Source: Eubacteriales bacterium
GTDB lineage: Bacteria; Bacillota; Clostridia; Oscillospirales; CAG-382
DNA: 64,000 nt
Reading direction: 5' to 3'
Assembly (NCBI GenBank): GCA_045612545.1
Contig: JAZKZH010000001.1
Coordinates: 54,513-118,512, forward strand
The position numbers and the translations under genes are program-made. Below, piece by piece: positions 1 through 9,173 of this stretch (the stretch's first letter is position 1; each line of letters opens with the position of its first letter). The notes under the pieces were generated by a model. It saw nothing but the letters and a program-made list of their open reading frames with translations. It did no database searches and was not told where the DNA came from.

Positions 1-2
1 TG

Positions 3-413
3 TTCGGCTTCGGCTGGGCGCTGGGCGTGGCGTTCCTTGGCTGTACGACGCTTTATCTTTGCTTTGCGGGCAGCTTCCGCAAGGTGTGGAAGGGCGTTTG
101 CACCGCGGGCTGCACCGTAGCGGGGATGGCGCTTTTGGCATTGCTTCTTTACGCAGATCCCTTGGGATACGGGAAAAGCACCCCCGACGCGGAGGATGTT
201 CAGTCGGTGCAGATGACCTTCAAGGGGGATGTCTTGGGCACGGTAAACAAGGGCGAAAAAATGCACGGCGCATTGCTCCATGCCATTATGGTGCAGACGG
301 AGGATCTCCCTTTACTGGAAAGCGAGGAGGATATTGCCGCGGCTTTGGCGGTACATGAATTGCTGGCAGAGGACGGCGAGACGGTGTATACCGTGAAGTA
401 CGTTTTGGAGTGA
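3..413 (+). CDS. C-terminal fragment of an uncharacterised membrane protein (5' end outside window)
   Basis: The frame is open from the window edge (FGFGWALGVAFLG...). Hydrophobic segments are followed by a soluble tail, with the stop at 411-413. No family recognised. Confidence 0.4.
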   Translation, partial: FGFGWALGVAFLGCTTLYLCFAGSFRKVWKGVCTAGCTVAGMALLALLLYADPLGYGKSTPDAEDVQSVQMTFKGDVLGTVNKGEKMHGALLHAIMVQTEDLPLLESEEDIAAALAVHELLAEDGETVYTVKYVLE

Positions 414-540
414 GAGGAACCTCATCCACCATCCGCAGGCGGACGGTCCCCCTTCCCCGCAAGCGGGGAAGGCAAGGAACTCCCTTCGGGAGTTAGAAAT
501 GATCGTATGCCCTTACGGGCGCTGAATTAGCAGACAAAAT

Positions 541-578
541 AAGAAGGACAGAGATTTTTTCGTTTCTCTGTCCTTCTT
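541..578. terminator. Bidirectional intrinsic terminator between convergent genes
   Basis: 13-bp perfect stem AAGAAGGACAGAG / CTCTGTCCTTCTT with T/A-rich flanks, lying just downstream of both convergent ORFs. Confidence 0.6.
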
Positions 579-583
579 TGCGT

Positions 584-3325
584 TTATTTCTTGAAAATGC
601 GGCGGATAAGCACTTCCAGCTCGTGGATAACCAGGGGCAGGAGCGCCAAAGCACCGGTGATCAGCCACTGGGTAAGGCTGAGAGGAACGGTGGAGAAGAT
701 CGCGCCTACGGCGGAGACCTGTACCACGATGAGCTGCAAGCCCAGACCTACGGCAAAGGCCAGCGCCATCATGCCGTTTTTATTACGGAAGACCTGCACG
801 GCAGAACGCTTGCCGGTGCTGACACCCAGCATATGGAACAGCTCGCCGAAGGCCAAAGCAGTGAAGGCCATGGTACGCGCCTGCGCCAGAACGGAAGCAT
901 CGCTTGCCAGGAGAGACTTGATCTCACCAAAGGTGGATGCACCGCCCATAACTGCGGCGGCAACGTAGGCACAGAGAACGGAAACGGTCAGCACGGCACC
1001 GTACAAGATCACGTTCCGCAAGCCGCCGCCGTGGAAGATGCTCTCCTTGGGATCGCGGGGCTTTTCGTCCAGGATGTCGGGGGATTTGGGATCCATACCC
1101 AAGGCGATGGCGGGAAGGCTGTCGGTGATCAGGTTGACCCACAAAAGGTGGATGGCGATCAGGGGTGCGGGAAGGCCTACGCAGATCAGAACGAACATGG
1201 CGAAGACCTCCGCGATGTTGGAGGACAGCAGGAAGCACACCGTCTTTTTGATGTTGGCGTAGATGCTTCTGCCCTCTTCCACTGCTTTTTCGATGGAGGC
1301 GAAGTTATCGTCGGTAAGCACCATATCGGCTGCGCTCTTGGCAACGTCGGTACCTGTGATGCCCATGGCAATGCCGATGTCGGCGGCCTTTAAGCTGGGG
1401 GCGTGGTTGACACCGTCACCTGTCATGGCGCAGATGTTGCCGTTGGCCTTGAAGGCCTTGACGATCTGCACCTTATTCTCGGGAGAAACGCGGGCGAAGA
1501 CACGAACGGTCTTGCAGGCCTCGCGGAGCTCTTCCTCGGTCATGGCGTCCACCTCCGCGCCGGTACGGCACTGCTCCTTGGAGTGGCAGATGCCCAGGTT
1601 CTTGGCAATGGCGAAGGCGGTGTCCTTATGGTCACCGGTGATCATAACGGTCTCGATACCTGCGCGGACGAATTTTTCCACAGCACCCTTTGCCTCGGGA
1701 CGTTCCGGGTCTACCATAGCGACCATACCGACAAAGATCAGATCCTCTTCCAGAATAGAGTCGCCGTCGCGGTATGCCAGAGTAAGAACACGCAAGGCGC
1801 GTTCACTGAATGCGCTGTTGGCGGCGGAAATCCTGGCACGGTCATCCTCCGTTATGGGACGGACGGTACCGTGATCCAGAATACGGGTGGCCCGCGCCAT
1901 GATGGAGTCGAAGGCACCCTTGGTAAAGCTTCTTGTGCCTGCTTCTAACTTATGCAGGGTGGACATCATTTTACGGTCGCTGTCGAAGGGCAATTCATCC
2001 ACACGGGGAGAATCTGCCTCCAACGCGCCCTTGGGCATACCCAATTCGTTGGCAAAGCGCACCAGTGCGATCTCTGTGGGGTCGCCGCTGACGCCCTCAT
2101 CCACCACGGCGTTGGAGCAAAGGGACATACCCTTTGCCAGCAAGCGGAAATCCTCATCGGGGTGAGCAGTAAAGTCTTTTTGGAGCACAACCGTTTCGTT
2201 GCTGTACGCCTCCACAACGGTCATGCGGTTTTGAGTCAGGGTTCCGGTTTTATCGGAGCATACCACGGATACAGCGCCCAGTGTTTCCACAGAGGGGAGC
2301 TTGCGGACGATGGTATTGGCGCTGACCATTTTACGGACACCCAAGGCCAGCACGATGGTAACCACTGCGGGAAGGCCCTCGGGGATGGCGGCAACCGCCA
2401 AGGCGATGGCAGAAAGGATCGCCTCTACGTAAGCTTCCACAACGGAGCCGTTACCATCAACAAACAGCCAGGTAATATCCGCCGCCAAAACGAAGATCAC
2501 CACGCCAAGAGCCAAAAGCCCCAAGGTTTTGGAAAGACCTGCCAGTACCTTCTGGAGAGGTGTTTGCTCTTCCACTTCGTTATCCAAAGCGGTGGCGATG
2601 CGGCCGATCTCGGTATTCATACCGTGACGGCAGACGATACCGCTGCCTCTGCCGTAAGTAACGGGGGTAGACATATACACCATGTTCTTACGGTCACCGA
2701 TGCCAACGGGCTCGGAGAAGGTCAAGGAGGCGTCCTTCTCTACCTGCGTGGATTCACCGGTAAGGCTGGACTCGTTTACCTTCATATTGTAAGATTCCGT
2801 AAGACGCAGGTCGGCACCGATGGTGTCGCCTTCCTCCAGAACCACCAGATCGCCGGGAACCAGATCTTCGGATTTCACACGCATACGCTTACCGCCGCGG
2901 ATCACCGTAGATTCCGGGCTGGAAAGCTGTTTGAGGGCGTCCAAAGAGGACTGTGCTTTTACCTCCTGCACCGTACCGATCAAAGCGTTCAGCAGGATCA
3001 CCGCAAGGATGATCACCACGTCGGGCCAATCCCCTACGGCAAGAAAATCAAAGGCGTTGCCCGCTTTGAGCCAATGGATGGTCTCATACACGGAGATGCC
3101 CGCCGTTACCGCAATGGCGGCAAACAGCACGTAGATCATGGGATCCTTCAGCTGGGAGAAAAAGATGGCAATGGGAGACATCTTTTTCTTTTCTTCCAGC
3201 TTGTTCTTCCCGTACTTTTGCAGACGGACGGCGGCTTCCTCTTCGGTCAAGCCGTTGACAGCATCCGTTTGCAGTGCTTCGCAGGTTTCCTTCGGAGACA
3301 GTGTTTCAAACTCTTTCGTTTCCAT
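584..3325 (-). CDS. Cation-transporting P-type ATPase, Ca2+-type (P2A, SERCA/PMCA-like)
   Basis: 913 aa with [26 protein letters not shown] and [12 protein letters not shown] motifs. The N-terminal cation-ATPase segment and about 10 TM helices fit the family. Confidence 0.93.
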   Translation of the reverse strand: METKEFETLSPKETCEALQTDAVNGLTEEEAAVRLQKYGKNKLEEKKKMSPIAIFFSQLKDPMIYVLFAAIAVTAGISVYETIHWLKAGNAFDFLAVGDWPDVVIILAVILLNALIGTVQEVKAQSSLDALKQLSSPESTVIRGGKRMRVKSEDLVPGDLVVLEEGDTIGADLRLTESYNMKVNESSLTGESTQVEKDASLTFSEPVGIGDRKNMVYMSTPVTYGRGSGIVCRHGMNTEIGRIATALDNEVEEQTPLQKVLAGLSKTLGLLALGVVIFVLAADITWLFVDGNGSVVEAYVEAILSAIALAVAAIPEGLPAVVTIVLALGVRKMVSANTIVRKLPSVETLGAVSVVCSDKTGTLTQNRMTVVEAYSNETVVLQKDFTAHPDEDFRLLAKGMSLCSNAVVDEGVSGDPTEIALVRFANELGMPKGALEADSPRVDELPFDSDRKMMSTLHKLEAGTRSFTKGAFDSIMARATRILDHGTVRPITEDDRARISAANSAFSERALRVLTLAYRDGDSILEEDLIFVGMVAMVDPERPEAKGAVEKFVRAGIETVMITGDHKDTAFAIAKNLGICHSKEQCRTGAEVDAMTEEELREACKTVRVFARVSPENKVQIVKAFKANGNICAMTGDGVNHAPSLKAADIGIAMGITGTDVAKSAADMVLTDDNFASIEKAVEEGRSIYANIKKTVCFLLSSNIAEVFAMFVLICVGLPAPLIAIHLLWVNLITDSLPAIALGMDPKSPDILDEKPRDPKESIFHGGGLRNVILYGAVLTVSVLCAYVAAAVMGGASTFGEIKSLLASDASVLAQARTMAFTALAFGELFHMLGVSTGKRSAVQVFRNKNGMMALAFAVGLGLQLIVVQVSAVGAIFSTVPLSLTQWLITGALALLPLVIHELEVLIRRIFKK

Positions 3326-3358
3326 AACGATTTCCCTTTCTATATTTTGAAAAAAGAT

Positions 3359-3940
3359 TTACAGAATACCGGTGATAAAAATCTCCAGCCCGATGGCAAT
3401 GAGGATCACGCCCCCCATGACGGAGGCTTTTCCCGCTAGCTTGGTGCCGAATTTTCTGCCGATCACAACGCCTGCCAGGCAGATGACAAAGGTGACGGCG
3501 GCGATGATTGCGGCGTACAGAATGGCCTGAGGTGCGTTATATTCGGAGATGGTAAGTCCTGCGGCCATGGCGTCGATGGAGGTTGCTACCCCTTGCACCA
3601 GCAAAAGAGGCAGGGTGATAGCCTCAATATTGCAGGCTTCCTCTTGATTTTTCAACCCCTCCACCATCATTTTACCCCCAAGAAAGCCAAGAAGCCCAAG
3701 GGCGATCCAAGGAATACAGGGGCGGAAGGCCTCAAAATACTCCGCCGCAGTATGTACGGCAAACCAGCCCAGAAGAGGCATTGCCGCCTGGAAAAAGGCG
3801 AAGATCCCCGCAATGAGGCACATTTTCTTCTTGGGCATACAGGGACAGCTCAAGCCATTGGCAAGGGATACGGAAAAAGCATCCATGGCCAGGGCAATGC
3901 CCAAAGAAAATGCGTTGATAAAAAAAGCAAGATCTAACAT
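3359..3940 (-). CDS. mntP: Putative manganese efflux pump MntP (DUF204 family)
   Basis: 193 aa, 6 TM, with duplicated DAF/DAM-type motifs (LAMDAFSVSLANGL ... TSIDAMAAGL). It is preceded by a Mn-riboswitch-like leader. Confidence 0.85.
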   Translation of the reverse strand: MLDLAFFINAFSLGIALAMDAFSVSLANGLSCPCMPKKKMCLIAGIFAFFQAAMPLLGWFAVHTAAEYFEAFRPCIPWIALGLLGFLGGKMMVEGLKNQEEACNIEAITLPLLLVQGVATSIDAMAAGLTISEYNAPQAILYAAIIAAVTFVICLAGVVIGRKFGTKLAGKASVMGGVILIAIGLEIFITGIL

Positions 3941-3975
3941 AAGTATACACTCTTTTACGAAAAATTTGCTTCAGC

Positions 3976-4150
3976 AAAGAAAAACCCGGTATGACCGTAA
4001 GCCATACCGGGAAAATCCCATAATCGGACACCCAAGTATAACGTCGGTTATACATGAGTCTCGCAAATGAAAGCAAGCCAGGCGAAAACGCCAGGATGTT
4101 GACTTGCTACGCAACGAAGGTCGTTACGCTTGCTACTCCCTCACGAATGA
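3976..4150 (-). promoter_or_regulatory. yybP-ykoY-type Mn2+ riboswitch with terminator expression platform
   Basis: The minus-strand leader contains GGGAGTAGC ... CAAGTCAACAT ... TGGCTTGCTTTCATTTGCGAGACTCAT, resembling the conserved yybP-ykoY cores. A stem CCCGGTATG/CATACCGGG plus T-run follows at 3980-4011. Confidence 0.7.
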
Positions 4151-4159
4151 AGTGTAGAC

Positions 4160-4188
4160 AGTTTATCACAAAGGGATACGTTTGTCAA
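4160..4188 (-). promoter_or_regulatory. Sigma-A-type promoter for the riboswitch-mntP transcript
   Basis: Minus strand TTGACA (4183-4188), 17-nt spacer, TAAACT (4160-4165). Confidence 0.55.
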
Positions 4189-4207
4189 GCCCCAACGGAG
4201 GCTTTTT

Positions 4208-4432
4208 TCAAACGCGAGCTTCGATGTAGGCGGCAACGTCGCCGATGGTGATGAGAGAAGCCAGATCTTCATCCTCAAAAACGATACCGAAACGATCCTC
4301 GCACATAACGATCAGGTCTGCCAGCTCCAAGGAGTTAAGCCCCAGAGAGGAGATCATTTCTGCCTCGGGAGTGATGAGGTCGGAATCGATATTCAACTCG
4401 TTTACAAGAATGCTTTTGATTTTTTCAAACAT
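4208..4432 (-). CDS. Acyl carrier protein
   Basis: 74 aa, acidic, with a phosphopantetheine-attachment-like motif LGLNSLELADL. Sits directly downstream of an acyl-AMP/CoA ligase. Confidence 0.85.
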   Translation of the reverse strand: MFEKIKSILVNELNIDSDLITPEAEMISSLGLNSLELADLIVMCEDRFGIVFEDEDLASLITIGDVAAYIEARV

Positions 4433-4454
4433 AACTTTTTACCTTTCCTTGCGG

Positions 4455-6185
4455 TTAGACTTTATAGCGAATGATTTTTTTGGTAGTGGTCTTTTCGAAC
4501 TCGGTCTTGCGAAGCTCGATATTGCGCACCTGCTTAAAGGTGGGAAGCTTTTTGTTGACAACGGCAACCTCTGCCTTCACGGCGGCAACGATCTCCGCTT
4601 CGGACTTACCTTCAAACTTATCGTAATCGGGATAGATCACGGCAGTGATCGTTTCTTCCTCTTCCCCGCGGTCACGGGCAACAACCACACATTCCTTGAT
4701 GCTCTCGATCTTGCCAAGGAATTCCTCAATCTCCTCGGGATAGACGTTTTTACCGTTGGAAAGAATGATGATGTTCTTCTTTCTGCCGGTGATGTACAGG
4801 AAGCCGTCCTTATCCAAGCAACCGTAGTCACCGGTACGGAAATAGCCTTCATTATTGAAAGCCTCGGCGGTAGCTTCTTCGTTGTTGTGGTAGCCGATCA
4901 TTACCTGAGGGCTCTTGACACAGATCTCACCGATCTCCCCTGCGGGAGCATCGAACTCTCTGCCGCCTTCATCGGTGATGACGATCTTTACCTTTGTGCC
5001 ATAGGCAGGGAGACCGACAGAGGTCTTGCGGATAGCGGTATAGGGAACCACACAAACCAAAGGAGAGCATTCGGAAATGCCGTAGCCCTGGCAGACGGTG
5101 ATGCCGAATTCCGCAAAGCGATCCACCAGATCGGGATCCATAGCTGCACCTCCGCAGATGATATTCTTCAATCTGCCGCCCAGTGCTGCGGTAACTTCTT
5201 TAAAGGCAGTACCGCGCAGGTCGATACCAACCTTGCGCAAGGTCTTGGTCACAACGATGGCGCCCTTGACCAGCTTTTCTTTATCCTTCTTTTTGATCTC
5301 CTCGCAGATCTTCTTGTAAATGGTGGACAAGAACAGCGGCACCATGATCATGGCGGTAGGACGGAAGATCTTGATATTGCGCAGGAAGTACTTCAAGCTG
5401 TTGTTAAAGCAGTTGGTTGCACCCACGCAAATGGCGCCCAGCTCTCCGCAAACCAGCTCGTAGGTATGGTGCATGGGCAAAACGCTGAACAGCACATCTC
5501 CCTCGCCGATCTTCACCATGTTCACAGAGTGGAAGATACAGGAGGTCAGGTTATCCTGAGAAAGCAACACGCCCTTGCTGGTTCCGGTGGTGCCGGAGGT
5601 AAACAGCAGCGTACAAGGCTTGGAGGTATCGAAACGGGCTGCGGTGTATTCCATGTAACCGTCGGAAAGGAGCATTTTGCCCTTCTTCTGCAGGTCGGAA
5701 TAGTTCTCCACATCACCGGTTCCATCGGCAGTGTTGTCAAAGTTAATGATGAATCTTGTGGTGGAAAGCTCGGCAAAACGTTCTTGCAAGCGCTTTGCAA
5801 AACGGTCGGAGCAGAAGATCAGCTCGGATTCGGAACGGTTCAGGAATTCAATGATCTGATCCTCTTGCAATTCCTTATCCATGGGAACCACCATACCGCC
5901 GCCACAAACCACAGCGCAGAAGGACACCATCCACTCGGGACGGCTTTCCGCCAAAATAGCCACGGTAGCGCCGCGGAGACCTCTTGCCGCAAGGGCGGTG
6001 CCCACACGGTCCACTGCCTCACGGAACTGACGGAAGGTCATCTCGCCAATCTCGGTGCCTTTGGTGAAATAACGGTACTGCACCTTGTCGCCGTATTTTT
6101 CGGCAGCAAAATCCAGCATATCCCGGATGCTTGCGAATTTATCATATTTCTGCTTGGGGTAGAGTCGTTTCAATTTCCATACCAC
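4455..6185 (-). CDS. Long-chain-fatty-acid CoA ligase / AMP-dependent synthetase
   Basis: 576 aa with the AMP-binding signature LFTSGTTGTSKGVLLS, plus YGISE, TGDYG and a C-terminal KKIIR-type lysine motif. Confidence 0.9.
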   Translation of the reverse strand: MVWKLKRLYPKQKYDKFASIRDMLDFAAEKYGDKVQYRYFTKGTEIGEMTFRQFREAVDRVGTALAARGLRGATVAILAESRPEWMVSFCAVVCGGGMVVPMDKELQEDQIIEFLNRSESELIFCSDRFAKRLQERFAELSTTRFIINFDNTADGTGDVENYSDLQKKGKMLLSDGYMEYTAARFDTSKPCTLLFTSGTTGTSKGVLLSQDNLTSCIFHSVNMVKIGEGDVLFSVLPMHHTYELVCGELGAICVGATNCFNNSLKYFLRNIKIFRPTAMIMVPLFLSTIYKKICEEIKKKDKEKLVKGAIVVTKTLRKVGIDLRGTAFKEVTAALGGRLKNIICGGAAMDPDLVDRFAEFGITVCQGYGISECSPLVCVVPYTAIRKTSVGLPAYGTKVKIVITDEGGREFDAPAGEIGEICVKSPQVMIGYHNNEEATAEAFNNEGYFRTGDYGCLDKDGFLYITGRKKNIIILSNGKNVYPEEIEEFLGKIESIKECVVVARDRGEEEETITAVIYPDYDKFEGKSEAEIVAAVKAEVAVVNKKLPTFKQVRNIELRKTEFEKTTTKKIIRYKV

Positions 6186-6355
6186 CTTCCAATAGATTCA
6201 AAATACGACATGGAGAAAAAAGTCCATAAGAACGCACTTTACTGTTTATATTATATTCATTTTCGGAAAAATGTCAATAGAAATGTGCGATCAGGTGCAT
6301 ATTTTATTCCCGCTTCGAGGAAAATAAAAGCAAAAGAAATGGGAAAGAAGGTTTT

Positions 6356-6730
6356 TTGTTGAAGCAAGAGGCTTATAAAAGCTACACCGAGACCAGGGCG
6401 AAGCGTTCCCCTTGGGTGAAAAATGCCATCAAGGCGTTCTTCTGCGGTGGAGCGATCTGCTGTTCGGGGCAGGGTCTGGGAGAGCTTTATCAATGGGCGG
6501 GGATTTCCGAAAAGGAAGCGGGGACTTGGGTTTCCGTGACGTTGATCTTTTTGGCGGGACTGCTCACAGGGATCGGCGTTTTTGATAAGATCGCAAAATT
6601 TGCGGGAGCGGGAACGCTGGTGCCCATTACGGGATTTGCCAATTCCGTTGCCTCCCCTGCCATCGACGCGAAGGCGGATGAGCGTGATATAATAGGACTC
6701 AGTCGGAAAGCCCAAACATTCTCGGGTTAG
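6356..6730 (+). pseudogene. spoVAC: Stage V sporulation protein AC, 3'-truncated at the element junction
   Basis: The first ~107 aa carry SpoVAC-like motifs (FFCGGAICCSGQG, LTGIGVFDKIAKFAGAGTLVPITGFANSVASPAIDAKAD). The last 16 codons are unrelated and coincide with a drop in G+C. Confidence 0.6.
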
Positions 6731-6880
6731 TATGATTTTTAGTCCAAAAACAAAAAGTGAAGGGAGGCTACATTCCAACATAACAAAATAACTGCCACGA
6801 TAAAGGCCGGATGAGCATATGATTCTCTCCGGTCTTTATTGATACTTCCAAGTGAATATAACTAAAAAGGAGGCTCCCTC

Positions 6881-7942
6881 GTGAAGTGTTTGATGAAATA
6901 CAATTGGGTAAAACTACGAAGAGATGAATTACCCGGCGGTAAAGGGATAATGAATTCTTGGGCAAGGCTTGCATCGCATGCCGCATTTCGCAAGGGACAG
7001 GCCTCCTATTGCGGTCATATCAATTCTGTAAGCCCCGGGATGTGGTCCGGCGGTATTGTCGGGTTGAAGAGTATCCTCGGTGTTAAAAGTCGCTCACAGG
7101 CCCTAGAAACGCTTGAAAAGTTATCCAAGCTTGGATACTTGGAGTATTCACTGGATGAAAATACAAAGAAGCTTACATACACAATCACAGACTGGGTGAT
7201 CGGATGCTCCGGCATGGCCTGTGCGCAAGGAACCGTTTACGCAACAAACAACTATGGCTTCCTTTGCCTTCCTCGGAACATAACCCAAAAACTGATAGAC
7301 CAAAACTATACATTTGAGGAAGCTGACGCATGGCTTGACCTTTGGTGCCACACGGTATATGAGGATCCAAGCAATGCGTTTTCTTTTTGGGCCCCGTCCG
7401 TTCAGTATGGTAACGTCTGTGCTTTATTGACATTGGAAAAAATGGGACAACGATGGAACTGGGAAAAGACAAAGGTATGGAGATTTTTCAAAAAGCATGG
7501 GGATATCTTTGCTCTATACCGCCTTCCGGGTTCTTTTGGCTGTCTCATTTTCAACAAAAGGTATCCGGCGGATACCTTGGTTTCCTTACCCGAGCAGAGC
7601 GTAGTCCTGCAAATCCTAAGCAAAATACGCACGTTGGGTGCAGATACGAACAAAAGAGGCAACGACCACCAACATCTCAACAAACTGGTTGCATTATACA
7701 GCCAATACATTGCAGCAAAGCTCCTATCCGAAGAGGCTGAAGATCGCGTTGCACTTTTTGACCATATAACACGCGCGTATATTTCTCTGTGTTGGAATTG
7801 TAAGAATTGTGAATATGACTGCCTAGGTAACAACCACTCCCCCATCAACCTGCAAGAAACAAATAAAATCCGAGGGCCGTGTTGCCCTGTGAATATGTTT
7901 GAAACAGAAAAGGAGAAATTCATATATGAGCAAACAGGATAA
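6881..7942 (+). CDS. Hypothetical element protein, function unknown
   Basis: 353-aa ORF with a GTG start after AAAAAGGAGG. It is the first gene of the element block. No motif recognised. Confidence 0.55.
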   Translation: MKCLMKYNWVKLRRDELPGGKGIMNSWARLASHAAFRKGQASYCGHINSVSPGMWSGGIVGLKSILGVKSRSQALETLEKLSKLGYLEYSLDENTKKLTYTITDWVIGCSGMACAQGTVYATNNYGFLCLPRNITQKLIDQNYTFEEADAWLDLWCHTVYEDPSNAFSFWAPSVQYGNVCALLTLEKMGQRWNWEKTKVWRFFKKHGDIFALYRLPGSFGCLIFNKRYPADTLVSLPEQSVVLQILSKIRTLGADTNKRGNDHQHLNKLVALYSQYIAAKLLSEEAEDRVALFDHITRAYISLCWNCKNCEYDCLGNNHSPINLQETNKIRGPCCPVNMFETEKEKFIYEQTG

Positions 7943-8555
7943 CTCGCTGTATGAACAGCAAGAAAGACGTATTCAGGCGCAGTCAGACGCCTTTATTACA
8001 CTTCTGACAAAGCGAGGAATACTAGCCGATCAACAAATCAACGACGAGAAAAAACGCATAGCAAAGCAGGAAAAGACCAAAAACAGCTATCATAACACAC
8101 TAATGCTTCTGCAACATTACCGCACGATCATGTGGATGCTGGAATGCTTCCCCGAAACAATCGCCGTTGAACTGGACAGGCCTTTTGAAGGCATCGATAG
8201 GCTGATCGAAAACGTTGATACTGCAGTCACCCTCGGAAATAAAAAGATTGAGAGCAGAATCAAAGGGATCCAGAAATCTCGCTTGTTGATAGATCGTGTC
8301 AATGAAGCGCTCACTGTTCTGAAAAAGAAACCCGAAAACGGAGAGAGACTGTATGATCTCATCTTCGCCACCTACATAGCTCCCGAAAAGCTGAATCATC
8401 AGGATCTGATGTTCAAGCTGAATATGTCTTCGAGGAACTATTACCGACTTCGTCAGCAGGCAATCACCATTCTTTCAATTCGTTTGTGGTCGGCTCCTGC
8501 ATCCGACGTAGATTTCTGGCTTGAAATGCTGACTCTATTGGAGGGGCTGGAATAG
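7926..8555 (+). CDS. Putative sigma-70 region-4-like / HTH transcriptional regulator
   Basis: ATG at 7926 follows AGGAG. The C-terminal segment LNMSSRNYYRLRQQAITILSIRL resembles a region-4 HTH. Assignment is tentative. Confidence 0.45.
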   Translation: MSKQDNSLYEQQERRIQAQSDAFITLLTKRGILADQQINDEKKRIAKQEKTKNSYHNTLMLLQHYRTIMWMLECFPETIAVELDRPFEGIDRLIENVDTAVTLGNKKIESRIKGIQKSRLLIDRVNEALTVLKKKPENGERLYDLIFATYIAPEKLNHQDLMFKLNMSSRNYYRLRQQAITILSIRLWSAPASDVDFWLEMLTLLEGLE

Positions 8556-8660
8556 TATGCCTATAAAAAGGCAAAAAGTTGGCGGACAAAAGCCGATGAC
8601 ACGGAAAAGGAAAAATGTTATTATGATACTGTCCCAAACTGGGATCGGGCGAAGGGAGTG

Positions 8661-8700
8661 CCGTTTCTTAAGCGAACGCTTTAAGAGACGGCATTTTTAT
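8661..8700 (+). terminator. Terminator-like hairpin in front of the T4SS gene block
   Basis: CCGTTTCTTAAGCG / CGCTTTAAGAGACGG stem (one bulge, one G-U) followed by CATTTTTATT, 35 nt upstream of the next start codon. Confidence 0.45.
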
Positions 8701-8733
8701 TGCCTGAACACTGGAGAAAGGAGGTTTTGAAGT

Positions 8734-9138
8734 ATGGACAAAAAAATGAAGAGGCACGGCAAAAATACCGTAACTGCTTACTGGTCGATTGTGGGCACTT
8801 TAGCGGCAATGATCGTATCCTTGAATCCGGTAATGGCGGCAGATATCTGGGATCGTTTCTCGACAATCATGCAGGACATTTACGGCGAGCTTGTGGCGAT
8901 CAGTACCATCGTGGCAGTCACCATGGCAGCCGTTGCCCTGTTGGTGCGAATGATTTCGCGCAATCAGAGGGCTGTGGATGAAGCAACAAGCTGGCTCAAG
9001 AGAATCGTTGTCACTTGGATCATTCTGAATTCTCTTGGCTTTATCGTAGCTTACCTACAGCCCCTTGTAACCGGCGGCAACTACAGTCCCGGCGGCACGA
9101 ATACGGGCGGAGGCGACGGTGGTGCAGTAGTGCTTTAA
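8734..9138 (+). CDS. VirB2/TrbC-like T4SS membrane (pilin-like) protein
   Basis: 134 aa with a signal-like N-terminus (…SLNPVMA/AD), two hydrophobic helices and a Gly-rich tail. It is the first gene of the T4SS block. Confidence 0.5.
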   Translation: MDKKMKRHGKNTVTAYWSIVGTLAAMIVSLNPVMAADIWDRFSTIMQDIYGELVAISTIVAVTMAAVALLVRMISRNQRAVDEATSWLKRIVVTWIILNSLGFIVAYLQPLVTGGNYSPGGTNTGGGDGGAVVL

Positions 9139-9173
9139 CCGTCAATATCAAGCAGGAACGGAGGTGATTTCAT

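Noticed and set aside
451-520. Three consecutive short G+C-rich hairpins (CCTTCCCCGC-AAGC-GGGGAAGG, AACTCCC-TTCG-GGAGTT, GCCC-TTAC-GGGC) between the first ORF and the terminator.
   Set aside because: No conserved RNA motif was recognised. They may be REP-like or stabiliser hairpins in a convergent 3' region. Evidence is too thin to call an ncRNA.
578-6362. Long + strand ORFs 578-1393, 1263-1874, 1952-3439 and 4245-6362 (up to 705 aa).
   Set aside because: They lie antisense to the P-type ATPase and the acyl-CoA synthetase, both of which carry unmistakable family motifs. Their translations are low-complexity, Gly/His/Arg-rich sequence with no motifs. These are typical shadow ORFs of G+C-rich coding DNA.
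6776-6783. CAACATAA near the element's left junction matches one arm of the 34.2-kb inverted repeat, so it was considered as a possible att half-site.
   Set aside because: Only 8 nt match, and the rest diverges. An 8-mer is expected by chance about once or twice in a window of this size on two strands.
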